Made by a program: the position numbers and the translations under genes
In this document: piece by piece, positions 28,154-37,751 of the stretch
Numbering within the stretch: position 1 is the stretch's first letter
Layout: each line of letters starts with the position of its first letter
Notes under the pieces: generated by a model
What the model saw: the letters and a program-made list of their open reading frames with translations, nothing else
The model's database searches: none
What the model was told of the DNA's origin: nothing
Source: Nitrososphaeraceae archaeon
Lineage (GTDB): Archaea > Thermoproteota > Nitrososphaeria > Nitrososphaerales > Nitrososphaeraceae
Length of the DNA stretch: 64,000 bases
Assembly (NCBI GenBank): GCA_044870765.1
Contig: JBIOZG010000005.1
Span: 1 to 64,000 of the forward strand
Reading direction: 5' to 3'

Positions 28154-28930
28154 CTATGATTCTAACAAATTTAGTATTTGTTGAAATTTTTCACGGTTCA
28201 TATGTTTTTTGTATTCTTTGATACTTTTGATAATTTCTCTCCTTTCCTTATTGATTGCATCTCCTAATTTCGCATGTATAGGTCCATGTAGAAAAATTGA
28301 TTGAGATACGCTAGTCACATTACTGCTCCTCCTTTTTGTACTTGATGTTTCAAAATCCAAAATTGTTGGCAAACCATCTAGCGACACTACTATGTGCCGG
28401 TCAAGTCTGCTCAGTTGGCCGTGGTCAAGTTTTATGCAGTCAAGAAGGAAAGATTGTTGAAGTATTGCATTAGTACAACGTAGCAACTTTTTGTTTGATG
28501 TTTGAGATTTGTACCAACTCTCGATGTTTGACCCTTTGATATACTCCATTAATATGAAATTTTCAGAAAAATTTACGAGAAAAGGACCAATCCCGATTGA
28601 GTTTGCAAGTGATTGATACAGTACTTCATCGTACATATTCACTCTATTAGCGTCAGTTCTTCTTATCTTCAACGCTAGAAGTTTATTTTTGTACTTTACC
28701 AGAGTTACCAAGCCCACAGATCCCTTACCTATTATTTGGGCCATTTTCAATTGTACATTACCAAATGAGAATACCGAGTTAATATCCATCGATAACAATT
28801 CTCTCATCCTACTATCAAAGGTCTTTTCATCAAATAAAGGATAAGTCAGTAAAAATTCTAGACTTTTCCTTTTATCTATGTCTAATAAATTCTCCATCAC
28901 GGACCATGTGATTAATGGCGGTGGAAACAA
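28154..28930 (-). CDS. Archaeal Ser/Thr protein kinase (RIO-related); likely start ATG 28897
   Basis: IGKGSVGLV, ALKIRRTD, LMEYIKG, LDHGQLSR, ILDFET. Confidence 0.85.
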   Translation of the reverse strand: MFPPPLITWSVMENLLDIDKRKSLEFLLTYPLFDEKTFDSRMRELLSMDINSVFSFGNVQLKMAQIIGKGSVGLVTLVKYKNKLLALKIRRTDANRVNMYDEVLYQSLANSIGIGPFLVNFSENFILMEYIKGSNIESWYKSQTSNKKLLRCTNAILQQSFLLDCIKLDHGQLSRLDRHIVVSLDGLPTILDFETSSTKRRSSNVTSVSQSIFLHGPIHAKLGDAINKERREIIKSIKEYKKHMNREKFQQILNLLES

Positions 28931-30230
28931 AATTATTCAACACTCTTTCATTTGCCAAATAGATAGAATATCCTTTTGAAAGATCTAAAGCAATTCCAGT
29001 TTTGGCACCAGAATTGATGTCCTTTTCAATTATTGCACTTGTGTGCTCCTTAATCGGTCTTTTCTCGGTTTCTTCAATGCTCATAATTCGTATACCTTCC
29101 GTGCACATAATAATTGATTTGCTCTTTCTTTTTTTGATAAATGCATCCGTTTCTGCTCCTAGGAATATTTCAGGGCCATCATTAACTGTTAATTTTGGCA
29201 ATTTTGCAACCTCTGACATAAAGATAAATGCCGCACGTTCCTGCTCATCAGTAAAGCAAAATGTCTTAATTATTTCAAATCTTGCATTTTCAAGCTGCTT
29301 TGAAATGCTAGCCAGTTTTCTTTTTAGCTGTCCCCATATTATGTCAGGACTCCTTCTTTGAATCTTAAATTCCACTACAAGCAAATTTGATTTAATTTGG
29401 CTTATAGTTTTTGGATTGGGCTTGTGTGATATTTTGAAAAATTCAAAAGAAGGATCCTTCAAAAAGTGTCTTGATGCCAGCACAAATTTTGCAACACAGT
29501 CAGCTGATATGGCAGCACCAAGATTTCTATTTGCATCAATAGGATCAATTATTATAATGGGACTCTTAAATTTGGAGATTATTTTTTCATCCGGTGTATC
29601 TATCGAAATGACGTAATTTGGCACAAGTTCAGCAAATGTTTGCAGAACATTCCTGAAAGAACCATATTTTAAGATGAGTACCTCAGTTACATAACCACTA
29701 AAACCTGAAATGGATATTTGCGAACCATATGTTCCTATTGACTTTAAGAATAGTTTGAGGACTCTTACCTGACTTTTCAAAAATTCATTTAACATCTTTT
29801 GCATAAAATCAGTATGATACGGCGATCTATCTGCTGCACTTTTCCATCTATTTTTTTCAACTTTGTAACAAGGTACTATGTTTACTCTTATTCCGTCAAC
29901 TTTGCCCTCAACGTACGGATGTTCAGAGTATCGTAAGTAAGGTTTGTATTTTTTTAAAGCATGGTAACCAACTTTTTTGCCCAGATCTTCGAATTCCTTT
30001 CGATCTACCGTTTTTTCTATCATTACAAAAAAGTCAATGTCAGTATCGTTATCAAGCCAGGTACCTTTCGCAAACGATCCACCTAAAGTGACTTTTAAAA
30101 TTCTTTTATCTTTAAAATTCAAAATTTCATTTTTTATATCATTTGATATTTTTGCTAATTTCTTCTGCCCTGATTTTGATGGAGCTGAAGACTCTGATAT
30201 TTTTTGTATCGCCTTTTCTGTAGAATTCAT
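28872..30230 (-). CDS. cca: CCA-adding enzyme (class I)
   Basis: GGSFAKGTWL..DIDFF, YSEHPY, SAADRSPYH, GFSGY, IDPIDANRN. Confidence 0.95.
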   Translation of the reverse strand: MNSTEKAIQKISESSAPSKSGQKKLAKISNDIKNEILNFKDKRILKVTLGGSFAKGTWLDNDTDIDFFVMIEKTVDRKEFEDLGKKVGYHALKKYKPYLRYSEHPYVEGKVDGIRVNIVPCYKVEKNRWKSAADRSPYHTDFMQKMLNEFLKSQVRVLKLFLKSIGTYGSQISISGFSGYVTEVLILKYGSFRNVLQTFAELVPNYVISIDTPDEKIISKFKSPIIIIDPIDANRNLGAAISADCVAKFVLASRHFLKDPSFEFFKISHKPNPKTISQIKSNLLVVEFKIQRRSPDIIWGQLKRKLASISKQLENARFEIIKTFCFTDEQERAAFIFMSEVAKLPKLTVNDGPEIFLGAETDAFIKKRKSKSIIMCTEGIRIMSIEETEKRPIKEHTSAIIEKDINSGAKTGIALDLSKGYSIYLANERVLNNFVSTAINHMVRDGEFIRHR

Positions 30231-30787
30231 TTGCCCTTCACGGATATTATGTTCTCGTATGTAGGACCATTAGGGGTTATGAGGCTCTTTTTTACTGAAA
30301 TTGCATCGATTACATCATCAATTTTATTATCTGATTGGACTTGTTGTAGATTCAAACAAAGTGGCACCTTCCTTGCTCTAAATAGTGTTATGTGTGGTAT
30401 TATCTCTTTTTCCATCTCATTTTCTAACTTTAGATCCAGTTCCTTTAGTCTAGTTATGACAATATTGTACATTTGAGAGAAAGTGTGTTTTGTTTCCTCA
30501 TCCAATCCTATCCATATAACTTTAGCCCGCTTAATATCTGGAAAAGCGCCTATTGGGCCATAACTTATTTTAAATGACTGAAATTCTATTTCTGAAATTT
30601 TTGTAACTATCTTATCAAGTAATGAATCATTTATTTCGCCAAAAAATACTAGTGTAAAATGAAAATTTTCTGGCTTTACAAGTTTTAGATGTACATGTTC
30701 AAGTTTCAAACTAGATATCAGATTCTTTTGAATCTTTTCAAGTTCACCTTTTCTATGTATATCTGCGGCTACAAATACCCTTGGCAT
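30227..30787 (-). CDS. thpR: RNA 2',3'-cyclic phosphodiesterase
   Basis: Two HxT motifs (FHFTL, PHITL), GAFP, GPTY. Confidence 0.92.
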   Translation of the reverse strand: MPRVFVAADIHRKGELEKIQKNLISSLKLEHVHLKLVKPENFHFTLVFFGEINDSLLDKIVTKISEIEFQSFKISYGPIGAFPDIKRAKVIWIGLDEETKHTFSQMYNIVITRLKELDLKLENEMEKEIIPHITLFRARKVPLCLNLQQVQSDNKIDDVIDAISVKKSLITPNGPTYENIISVKGK

Positions 30788-30926
30788 AACAACAAAATAT
30801 CGAGTTTACTAATATTAAAATTTGAACGGGCAGGTTAGAAACAAGGTACTATAATGAGCGACACTCAATAAAACAGGCAATACTTTTATCGCAAGTATTA
30901 AATAATTTACTAAAACTCAATTTGAT

Positions 30927-31433
30927 ATGTTATTTGGAAAGCCCAAGATAAAAGAGGGAGATTACGTATTTCTTTCCCAGGATTACTCTGGAAAATTAAG
31001 ACTGGTCATAGGACGAATTACTTCATTAGCTGATTCTGTTGCAAGGGTAAGAGGTTCATATATCATTCCTGAAGGACTTATTGAAAAGGTAACTTCTGGA
31101 AGAGGTGAGGGCAGGCCAAAAGCTGTTCTTCAAGACCCTGATCCAAATAATTGTATATTCATGCTAATTGATTATGTTGAAACTGGCATTTTTGATGAAG
31201 ACATCGATATTGATTCGTCGAAAACAAAATGGATAAATGAAGAGCGATTTCACGTACTGGATGGATGGTTAAAAGAAAATCTAGCTGAACTTTTTGCTAA
31301 CGTGTTAAGGGCCAAGACTGAGGAGGATAGAATGCAAGCAAGAGCAATTCTGATAGAAAAAATGAATTCGCTCTATGAAAGAGATCTAAAGGACCATATG
31401 TACGCAGTTGCAAGAAGTACGAAAATACTTTGA
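30927..31433 (+). CDS. Hypothetical protein
   Basis: 168-aa ORF with ATG and normal composition; no motif recognised. Confidence 0.75.
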   Translation: MLFGKPKIKEGDYVFLSQDYSGKLRLVIGRITSLADSVARVRGSYIIPEGLIEKVTSGRGEGRPKAVLQDPDPNNCIFMLIDYVETGIFDEDIDIDSSKTKWINEERFHVLDGWLKENLAELFANVLRAKTEEDRMQARAILIEKMNSLYERDLKDHMYAVARSTKIL

Positions 31434-31476
31434 TTTTGAAAGTTTTATATTATGGTCATGAATAGGCATTCTTTAA

Positions 31477-31791
31477 ATGGAATACGTATATGCTGCATTA
31501 TTGCTACACAAATTAAACAAGGATATCACTGAAGATAATGTAAAAAATGTCATAAAAGCAACTGGTGCAAGCCCTGATGAAGTAAAGATAAAGGCTCTCG
31601 TAGCTGCCTTGAGCGAGGTAAACATTGAAGAATCTCTAAAGGCAACTCCTATGGCTATGGCCGTTCCTGCAACAGCAGCTGCGGCTGGTGATGCTGGAGC
31701 GACACAAGCAAAGGATGAGAAGAAAGAAGAGAAAAAGGACGAAAAGAAGGAAGAAGAAGCCTTGGAAGGATTATCTTCTTTATTCGGTTAG
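31477..31791 (+). CDS. rpl12: 50S ribosomal protein L12 (P1)
   Basis: [11 protein letters not shown], Ala-rich hinge, acidic tail, GLSSLFG. Confidence 0.97.
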   Translation: MEYVYAALLLHKLNKDITEDNVKNVIKATGASPDEVKIKALVAALSEVNIEESLKATPMAMAVPATAAAAGDAGATQAKDEKKEEKKDEKKEEEALEGLSSLFG

Positions 31792-31830
31792 ATTTCCTTT
31801 TTTCCTAATTTACTTAGTTTTTCTTTTCTA
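31792..31830 (+). terminator. Oligo-T terminator region after rpl12
   Basis: atttcctttttttcc..tttttcttttc directly after the stop codon. Confidence 0.5.
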
Positions 31831-32022
31831 GATCTAATTTCGTAATGTTCTTTTTATTTATTCATTGATCTTTTCATTACTATCGAATTGATAGGACTTT
31901 CCATTCATTCTCTTATCTTTGTATCAGAGTCATAATGCTCAAGTAAGCAACATTATTTTCTGGAACTAAATTTGTAATAAATTGGGAGCGATTACTTTTT
32001 GTCGAATCGCAATAAATTGAGA

Positions 32023-32913
32023 CTAACCTGGTGTATAACCCTTACTTTTTAGTTGAGCAGCCAAATTATTAGCTTTCATTGCTGATTTTGAAATTATTAG
32101 TCCTGCAGTCTCGTTTGTCAATATGTTTGATTCTATTGCAAGTGTTTGTGCGTTTCTAGATGCCTTGGACAATAAGTATCCGATTGTTTCCTTTGTAAAG
32201 TAACTAGATTCAATAGCAAGGGCAATAGATTCGTTGTGTGCTCTGCCTAATTCATTCTTAAATTCATTTAAATCAATTCTTAAATCATTTTCCTCAAATA
32301 CTAATTTGTCTGAAAGCGCATAGTTTACTACAATTCCTGCTTCAATAGGTTTTATGTTTAACTTTGAAAGTAGAGATGCAAGCTTTGTGGAAATCACATC
32401 TCCGGGCTTTGCGACGACAGTATCTTTACTAACCCATATTGTACCTTGATCTATCTTTGTAGGCACACTTGCTTCTTTGAATTCTGACAATACAGGCCCT
32501 GGGGTTATTCCTGTGTCACCAGATGCAATCATTATTTCAGTTCTTGTAACATCCCCACCCTTTGCAGCTAGGAATACCTTATTTTGATCAAAAATAAGGT
32601 TAAGCTTGAATGGACTTATGTTGGTAAACATTAGAGCACATTGTCCTTCTAGCTGGGAACTTAATTTCTCAATTCCATGTACTTCTGACAGTTTTTCAAA
32701 TGCCCTTTGTGTTACCCTATTTTTTATTACTTTGATGATGATGTCTTTGTGGAACTTCTTCCTTATCATCATTAACTGCGTAGCTCTAACCTTGTTTACC
32801 TTAGAGAGTGCTATGACATTATAAGACTTTGGAAGTTCGATCATTTTCTGATATAGCTCTTGCTTTCCTTTAGGATAAGTTGTTCTCGCGTGCTTGTTGT
32901 CAGTCATTATCAC
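32023..32913 (-). CDS. rpl10: 50S ribosomal protein L10 (P0)
   Basis: VIKN, LMFTNISPFKL, GDTGITPGP, LSKLNIKP. Confidence 0.95.
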   Translation of the reverse strand: MIMTDNKHARTTYPKGKQELYQKMIELPKSYNVIALSKVNKVRATQLMMIRKKFHKDIIIKVIKNRVTQRAFEKLSEVHGIEKLSSQLEGQCALMFTNISPFKLNLIFDQNKVFLAAKGGDVTRTEIMIASGDTGITPGPVLSEFKEASVPTKIDQGTIWVSKDTVVAKPGDVISTKLASLLSKLNIKPIEAGIVVNYALSDKLVFEENDLRIDLNEFKNELGRAHNESIALAIESSYFTKETIGYLLSKASRNAQTLAIESNILTNETAGLIISKSAMKANNLAAQLKSKGYTPG

Positions 32914-32923
32914 ATCTCGCCTT

Positions 32924-33592
32924 TTACTTTTTGTTTTTCTCCGGAGCTACTGCCGAAGCCTTGGAGGGTTTGCTCATTGTAAATTTTATGATAGCATTAT
33001 GAATATTTTTGTCGCCCTGTGGCAATTTCTTTTCAACTGCTGATATAATCGCCTGCGCATTGCTCGCAAGTTGCTCGTCTTGCATTTTTTCGTCACCTAT
33101 CTTGGCAGAAATATTGAGTTGATTCTTTGCTCTTGCTCTAACTGATCCCCTGAATCTATCTGCAATGTTCTCTATAGGCGCCCCATATGCAAGTGGAGAT
33201 GGCATTTTACCCTTAGGTCCCATGAATTGTCCCAACGAGCGACCTACTTTGGACATTAATGTAGTATCGGCCAGGAAGAAATCATAAGCCTTTACAACTT
33301 TTCTTGCGTCCTTTTTGTTAGTGCCAAGTCTGTCCAACTCATCAGGTTCTATTACTCTATCAACCTCAGCTTTTCTTGCTCTTGTTCCCATGTCACCTGA
33401 CGCAAATACACATATGGTCGAAGTTTTTGTGGACTTGTTTGGAAGATTTACCACCTCGTTAACGCTGAATCCCTTTTTAACATCAATATCTTTTAAAATC
33501 AGTGTTAATTCTGCAGATTGAGTGAAATTACGTTTTTTAATTCCATCACGAGCATTCTTTATAATGCCATTTAACTGATTATCATCAAACAT
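32924..33592 (-). CDS. rpl1: 50S ribosomal protein L1
   Basis: KRNFTQSAEL, YDFFLA, LGQFMGPKGKMP, KFTMS. Confidence 0.96.
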   Translation of the reverse strand: MFDDNQLNGIIKNARDGIKKRNFTQSAELTLILKDIDVKKGFSVNEVVNLPNKSTKTSTICVFASGDMGTRARKAEVDRVIEPDELDRLGTNKKDARKVVKAYDFFLADTTLMSKVGRSLGQFMGPKGKMPSPLAYGAPIENIADRFRGSVRARAKNQLNISAKIGDEKMQDEQLASNAQAIISAVEKKLPQGDKNIHNAIIKFTMSKPSKASAVAPEKNKK

Positions 33593-33741
33593 CGTTGAAA
33601 TTTTTAGAATTTAAGCCTCTTATAAACGTGAGTTGAAATTTGGAATCAAATTGATCTTGAAGGTGACGGTAAAATGCTATAATGACATCCACTTGACTGA
33701 CCGGCACTAATAACATTTGTATATTCTCCGAATTAGTGGCA

Positions 33742-33831
33742 CGGGCCCGGAGGGCTTCGATCCCTCGACTTCCGGCTCTCTTTGTTAAAACTTAGAAGGC
33801 AGGCGCTCTATCCAAGCTGAGCTACGAGCCC
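33742..33831 (-). tRNA. tRNA-Arg(TCT) with 15-nt canonical 37/38 intron (33778-33792)
   Basis: GGGCTCGTAGCTCAGCTTGGATAGAGCGCCTGCCTTCTA[agttttaacaaagag]AGCCGGAAGTCGAGGGATCGAAGCCCTCCGGGCCCG. Confidence 0.92.
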
Positions 33832-34054
33832 ATGAGGCATTGCTCATTTGCAAATCCTTTGCAAAAAGGAAATAAAATATTGACTTATAAACTGTTCAAA
33901 AGTTTCCGAGCAAAAAGAAATTACCAATAACTAGGTTTATGGATCCAGTTCTGGTTATGAAGTTGGCCTTAAGTGTGGAGGACATCAGTTCCAAAATAAT
34001 CATGTTTTGTTATAAAGCATTTAGCCAAATTTCACTTCATATTTCAGATAACTA

Positions 34055-34687
34055 CTACCATTTTGTGACTTTAACAACTTCGAATGCTTCAGCATATTTG
34101 GCATCTACTTGATATCCTCTATAAGAACATCTACCGATTACCGCAGGTATCCAAATCTCTCCGCAACGGTTAAATTGAGATTGAAAACATTCAAGTGCAT
34201 TTTTCTTTATATCTATTGTTTCAGTGATATCCACAAATAATTGTGGTCTAAATGAATTTTCAGTAATGCCTCCTGGTATCGTAGTTTCATACATGAACAA
34301 GTTATTCTGGTTTCTACAAGCTGAAATCACACTTCTAGTTAAAATTTGATGATCCTGATGAGAATCACCGTACCACTGAGTGAAAACCGAATCTGGTTTG
34401 TGTTCTGTAATCAAAGAATCAATCAAGGTAACCAATTTTCTACCAAACACCATTTGTTCAGGAGACAGGTCAAGAAATATTGGAGATTTACACCCCATTA
34501 CTTTAGCTGCCAAAATTGACTCTGACTTTCTTCCTTCTTTTGTATCTGACTTTATAAAATTTGGTAACGTAGCTATGATTGGCTGAACGATATAGCCCAT
34601 GGTGGAAAGTTTAGCAATGGTACCACCCATGCCAATTTCAAGGTCGTCTGGATGTGCTCCAAAAGCTATAATTGTTTTAGATTCCAT
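34055..34687 (-). CDS. PIG-L family deacetylase
   Basis: AHPDDLEIGMGGT, DSHQDH, KKNALECFQSQ, AEAF. Confidence 0.92.
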   Translation of the reverse strand: MESKTIIAFGAHPDDLEIGMGGTIAKLSTMGYIVQPIIATLPNFIKSDTKEGRKSESILAAKVMGCKSPIFLDLSPEQMVFGRKLVTLIDSLITEHKPDSVFTQWYGDSHQDHQILTRSVISACRNQNNLFMYETTIPGGITENSFRPQLFVDITETIDIKKNALECFQSQFNRCGEIWIPAVIGRCSYRGYQVDAKYAEAFEVVKVTKW

Positions 34688-34714
34688 ACAAACAGATCAA
34701 GATTGTTTTCCTAT

Positions 34715-35659
34715 TTATGAACTGTTAATGGCATGCGGAATCAACCTGGCACCTCTCAATTCTCTGAATCTTCGGTATTCCTTGTCGACTTCCATTGCGG
34801 ACATCAATATCTTACTTTTTATTGATTTTGACGACTGCAGGAACATCTTTGTGTCCTTGGGTAAACAATGTCCTCCGACTCCATCACGAGGTTCAAGAAT
34901 TTTTACATTCCATTTTGTGTTCAAGGAATCTCTCAGTTCTCCAAAGTTAACATTATTGGCCTGACAGTAGAGATACAAATCTTCGGAAAAGGCTATTTGC
35001 AGATACCTGTCGGCATTTTCGATTATTTTAGTCAGTTCTGCAATCTCTATTTCAGATACGGGGTGCATAGGAATACCAAGATCGACAGCTGTGGTTTGAG
35101 AGTCTCCGCTTGTATCTTCTTTATTAGTGATGTCGTTAAATTCAAGAGCTACATTATTCCTGTCGTAGAACTGAAGTGCTGTCTTTAGACAACAGTCACT
35201 TACTCCACCGATTACTCTGACTTGATTAACCCCGTGTATTTCTTCTTCAAGTGCATACCATCTGTGAGGAACATGTGCCACGTGAAGTCTGTGGTTTAGA
35301 ATTTCAAAAATTTTCTTTGAAGTTCCTTTTGGCACAGTACTTTCTATGGAAACAAGGGAACCGTTCTTTGCTTCTTTAGAGATTTTTCTTGCTAGCTCAA
35401 AAAGACCATCTACATATGGTGTATATTCGTCATCGGGATCGTGTGTAGAAACGCACAAAATAAAAACATCAATTTCATCAAATTGTTCAATACTCTTAAT
35501 TCCAAAGTTTTTCTCGGCCTGCTTCATTCTCTCCGAGTTCATATCATATCCAAATGTCTCGAAACCTCTTTGTTTCACATATTTTGCAACAGGCAAACCT
35601 AATTGCCCAAGACCTATAACTAAAACTTTATTGATTTGAAATCCTAATTCTGAGTGCAT
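34715..35659 (-). CDS. UDP-glucose/GDP-mannose dehydrogenase-family protein lacking the C-terminal domain
   Basis: GLGQLGLP, ESTVPKGT, AELTKIIENADR, GVGGHCLPKD; ends at 314 aa. Confidence 0.85.
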   Translation of the reverse strand: MHSELGFQINKVLVIGLGQLGLPVAKYVKQRGFETFGYDMNSERMKQAEKNFGIKSIEQFDEIDVFILCVSTHDPDDEYTPYVDGLFELARKISKEAKNGSLVSIESTVPKGTSKKIFEILNHRLHVAHVPHRWYALEEEIHGVNQVRVIGGVSDCCLKTALQFYDRNNVALEFNDITNKEDTSGDSQTTAVDLGIPMHPVSEIEIAELTKIIENADRYLQIAFSEDLYLYCQANNVNFGELRDSLNTKWNVKILEPRDGVGGHCLPKDTKMFLQSSKSIKSKILMSAMEVDKEYRRFRELRGARLIPHAINSS

Positions 35660-35882
35660 TTTTGCTGATATTAAAGATTCATAATATAATTATTAAAGGC
35701 TTGAGATGGAATAAAACTTAAGTTAATCACTAAAGAAATTTCTATTTTGTTCATATAGAACTATTTTTATAAACGTGTGATATCTTGATCAACATAAGGC
35801 TAATTTTGTCCCCTCTGATTTTTGCCGAGCTTTGATCAAATTACTTGCTAGATATAAATAATCAAGCTAGAATAATAGATAT

Positions 35883-37094
35883 GTGATAAGAATTGGTTTA
35901 ATAGGTAAAACAAATACTGGAAAAACTACTTTCTTTAACTCGGCTACTTTGGGAAATGAAGAAATTGCTAATTACCCATTTACAACAAAAAAACCAATTC
36001 ATGGAAATGCCCACGTAATTACCTTGTGTGTCCATAAGGAATTTGGAGTTGTTGACAATCCACGAAATTCTCTCTGTCATGACGGATGGCGATTTATTCC
36101 TGTAGAACTGATAGACCTTCCTGGACTCATAAAAGGTGCATGGGAAGGTAAAGGACTTGGTAACCAGTTTTTATCCGTTGCCGCACAATCTGATGTCTTA
36201 CTCCACATCGTAGATGCATCAGGAAGTATTGACGCATCTGGTAAAATCGCTGAAGCTGGCGTCGGAGACCCAATTGCCGATGTATCCGATATAGAAGAAG
36301 AACTCGTACTATGGTATTTGAAATTATTTGAGGGAAATCGAGAGAAAATATCTAGAATGACCAACACCGGCATGGACGTGGCTCGTGCTGTTACTGAAAT
36401 ATTTGGCGGTATTGGAGTGAAAGAATGGCACGTAAAAAAATCAATAGCTGAAAATAATCTTGCCGACAAGAATATACATGAGCTCGATTCGGATGAAAGT
36501 CGAAAATTTGTTTCTACCCTTAGGGAAATATCAAAACCTTCGCTAATCGTAGCAAACAAGATAGATCTTCATCCGGCTGCAGAAAATTTCAAGAGGCTTC
36601 GTGAACACAATAAGCATATGTTTGTAATTCCTTCGAGTGCGGATGCTGAGCTTACTCTGCGTCGAGCACAGAACAGGGGTTTGATAAAATATTCTCCAGG
36701 AGACGAAATATTTGATATATTTGAAAATACAGTTCTTAACGAAAAGCAAAAGTGGGCACTCAATTTCATCAGAAAAGATGTGTTAGGTGAGTATCTTAGA
36801 ACGGGAGTGCAGTTTGCATTAAACATTGCTGTTTTCAAGTTATTAAACATGAACGTAGTTTACCCTGTTTCCGATCCAAACAAGTTGTCAGATAAAAAGG
36901 GTAACGTACTTCCAGATGCCTTTCTTATGAAAAATGGTTCCTCTGTGCAGGATCTTGCAGGTGATATACACACAGAATTATCAAAAGGTATTGTTTATGC
37001 AGTCGATGTTAGAAACGGTTTAAGATTACCCGGTGACTATCAAATAAAAGACAGAGATGTATTGTCTATAGTTTCAACAATGATAAAAAAATAA
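35883..37094 (+). CDS. ychF: YchF/Obg-family ATPase/GTPase with TGS domain
   Basis: GKTNTGKTTFFN, YPFTT, DLPGL, GKGLGNQFL, NKID, LPDAFL..IHTEL. Confidence 0.92.
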   Translation: MIRIGLIGKTNTGKTTFFNSATLGNEEIANYPFTTKKPIHGNAHVITLCVHKEFGVVDNPRNSLCHDGWRFIPVELIDLPGLIKGAWEGKGLGNQFLSVAAQSDVLLHIVDASGSIDASGKIAEAGVGDPIADVSDIEEELVLWYLKLFEGNREKISRMTNTGMDVARAVTEIFGGIGVKEWHVKKSIAENNLADKNIHELDSDESRKFVSTLREISKPSLIVANKIDLHPAAENFKRLREHNKHMFVIPSSADAELTLRRAQNRGLIKYSPGDEIFDIFENTVLNEKQKWALNFIRKDVLGEYLRTGVQFALNIAVFKLLNMNVVYPVSDPNKLSDKKGNVLPDAFLMKNGSSVQDLAGDIHTELSKGIVYAVDVRNGLRLPGDYQIKDRDVLSIVSTMIKK

Positions 37095-37223
37095 GAGACG
37101 AGAGAAGAAATGAAAGAAATGAAAGAAAAGGAAACAGTGTACCAAATCAAATAATCTTGCAATTTAATCATGATAGTAATTGAAATTTATGATTCAACTG
37201 TCCAAAAATAACTAGATTAGGGA

Positions 37224-37406
37224 CTATTTTTTGTAGTCACTTAATACGTCTCTATATCTTACGTCCCTGTAGGCAATGTACTTTACATATTCACCATAAG
37301 TCATTTCTAGACTGCAGAATTGACACTTTACAAAGCTAAAATCATCTGAAAGCTCGGCAGGTTTCCTGCAATCAGGACAAACAATCTTCATAATATCTTT
37401 AACCAA
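37224..37406 (-). CDS. Small zinc-ribbon protein
   Basis: CPDC..AELSDD..VKCQFC..YGEYV; resembles 22418..22591. Confidence 0.75.
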   Translation of the reverse strand: MVKDIMKIVCPDCRKPAELSDDFSFVKCQFCSLEMTYGEYVKYIAYRDVRYRDVLSDYKK

Positions 37407-37445
37407 AAACTGGCAAATAAGCGTTGGCAGTCTGACTGAAATATG

Positions 37446-37652
37446 TTATATTGCTTTTACTTGCTTTACGATAGGCTGCCTTGCCTTTCGAAATACCCTA
37501 AATCCACAAATACACTTTATTTCAGGGAGTTTAGAGAGTTCTTCGTTAGAAACAGGAGTACCGCATCGCATGCATTCGTAAATAACATTTCCTACCGAGT
37601 TTTCACTTGGGATAGTGCTAGTGTCGCCTTCTCCCTTATTTTCGCTTGCCAC
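37446..37652 (-). CDS. rpoP: RNA polymerase subunit P (Rpo12); likely GTG start at 37652
   Basis: YECMRCG..IKCICGFRVFRKARQPIVKQVKAI. Confidence 0.92.
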   Translation of the reverse strand: MASENKGEGDTSTIPSENSVGNVIYECMRCGTPVSNEELSKLPEIKCICGFRVFRKARQPIVKQVKAI

Positions 37653-37751
37653 AAACACTCTCTTATTCCATTGAAATTTATTTGTTTTTCTCAATTTTTC
37701 AATAGGTTCTATATTTGAGTAGAATATGGACAATCAATACATTTGGCAGAT

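Noticed and set aside
37100-37135. aagaaatga tandem repeat
   Set aside because: Short purine-rich tract, probably the T-rich terminator of the opposite-strand genes.
37653-37733. N-terminal extension of rpoP; likewise sdhC 46275-46325 and the kinase 28898-28930
   Set aside because: Longest-ORF artefacts; internal starts fit promoter position or stop-start coupling better.
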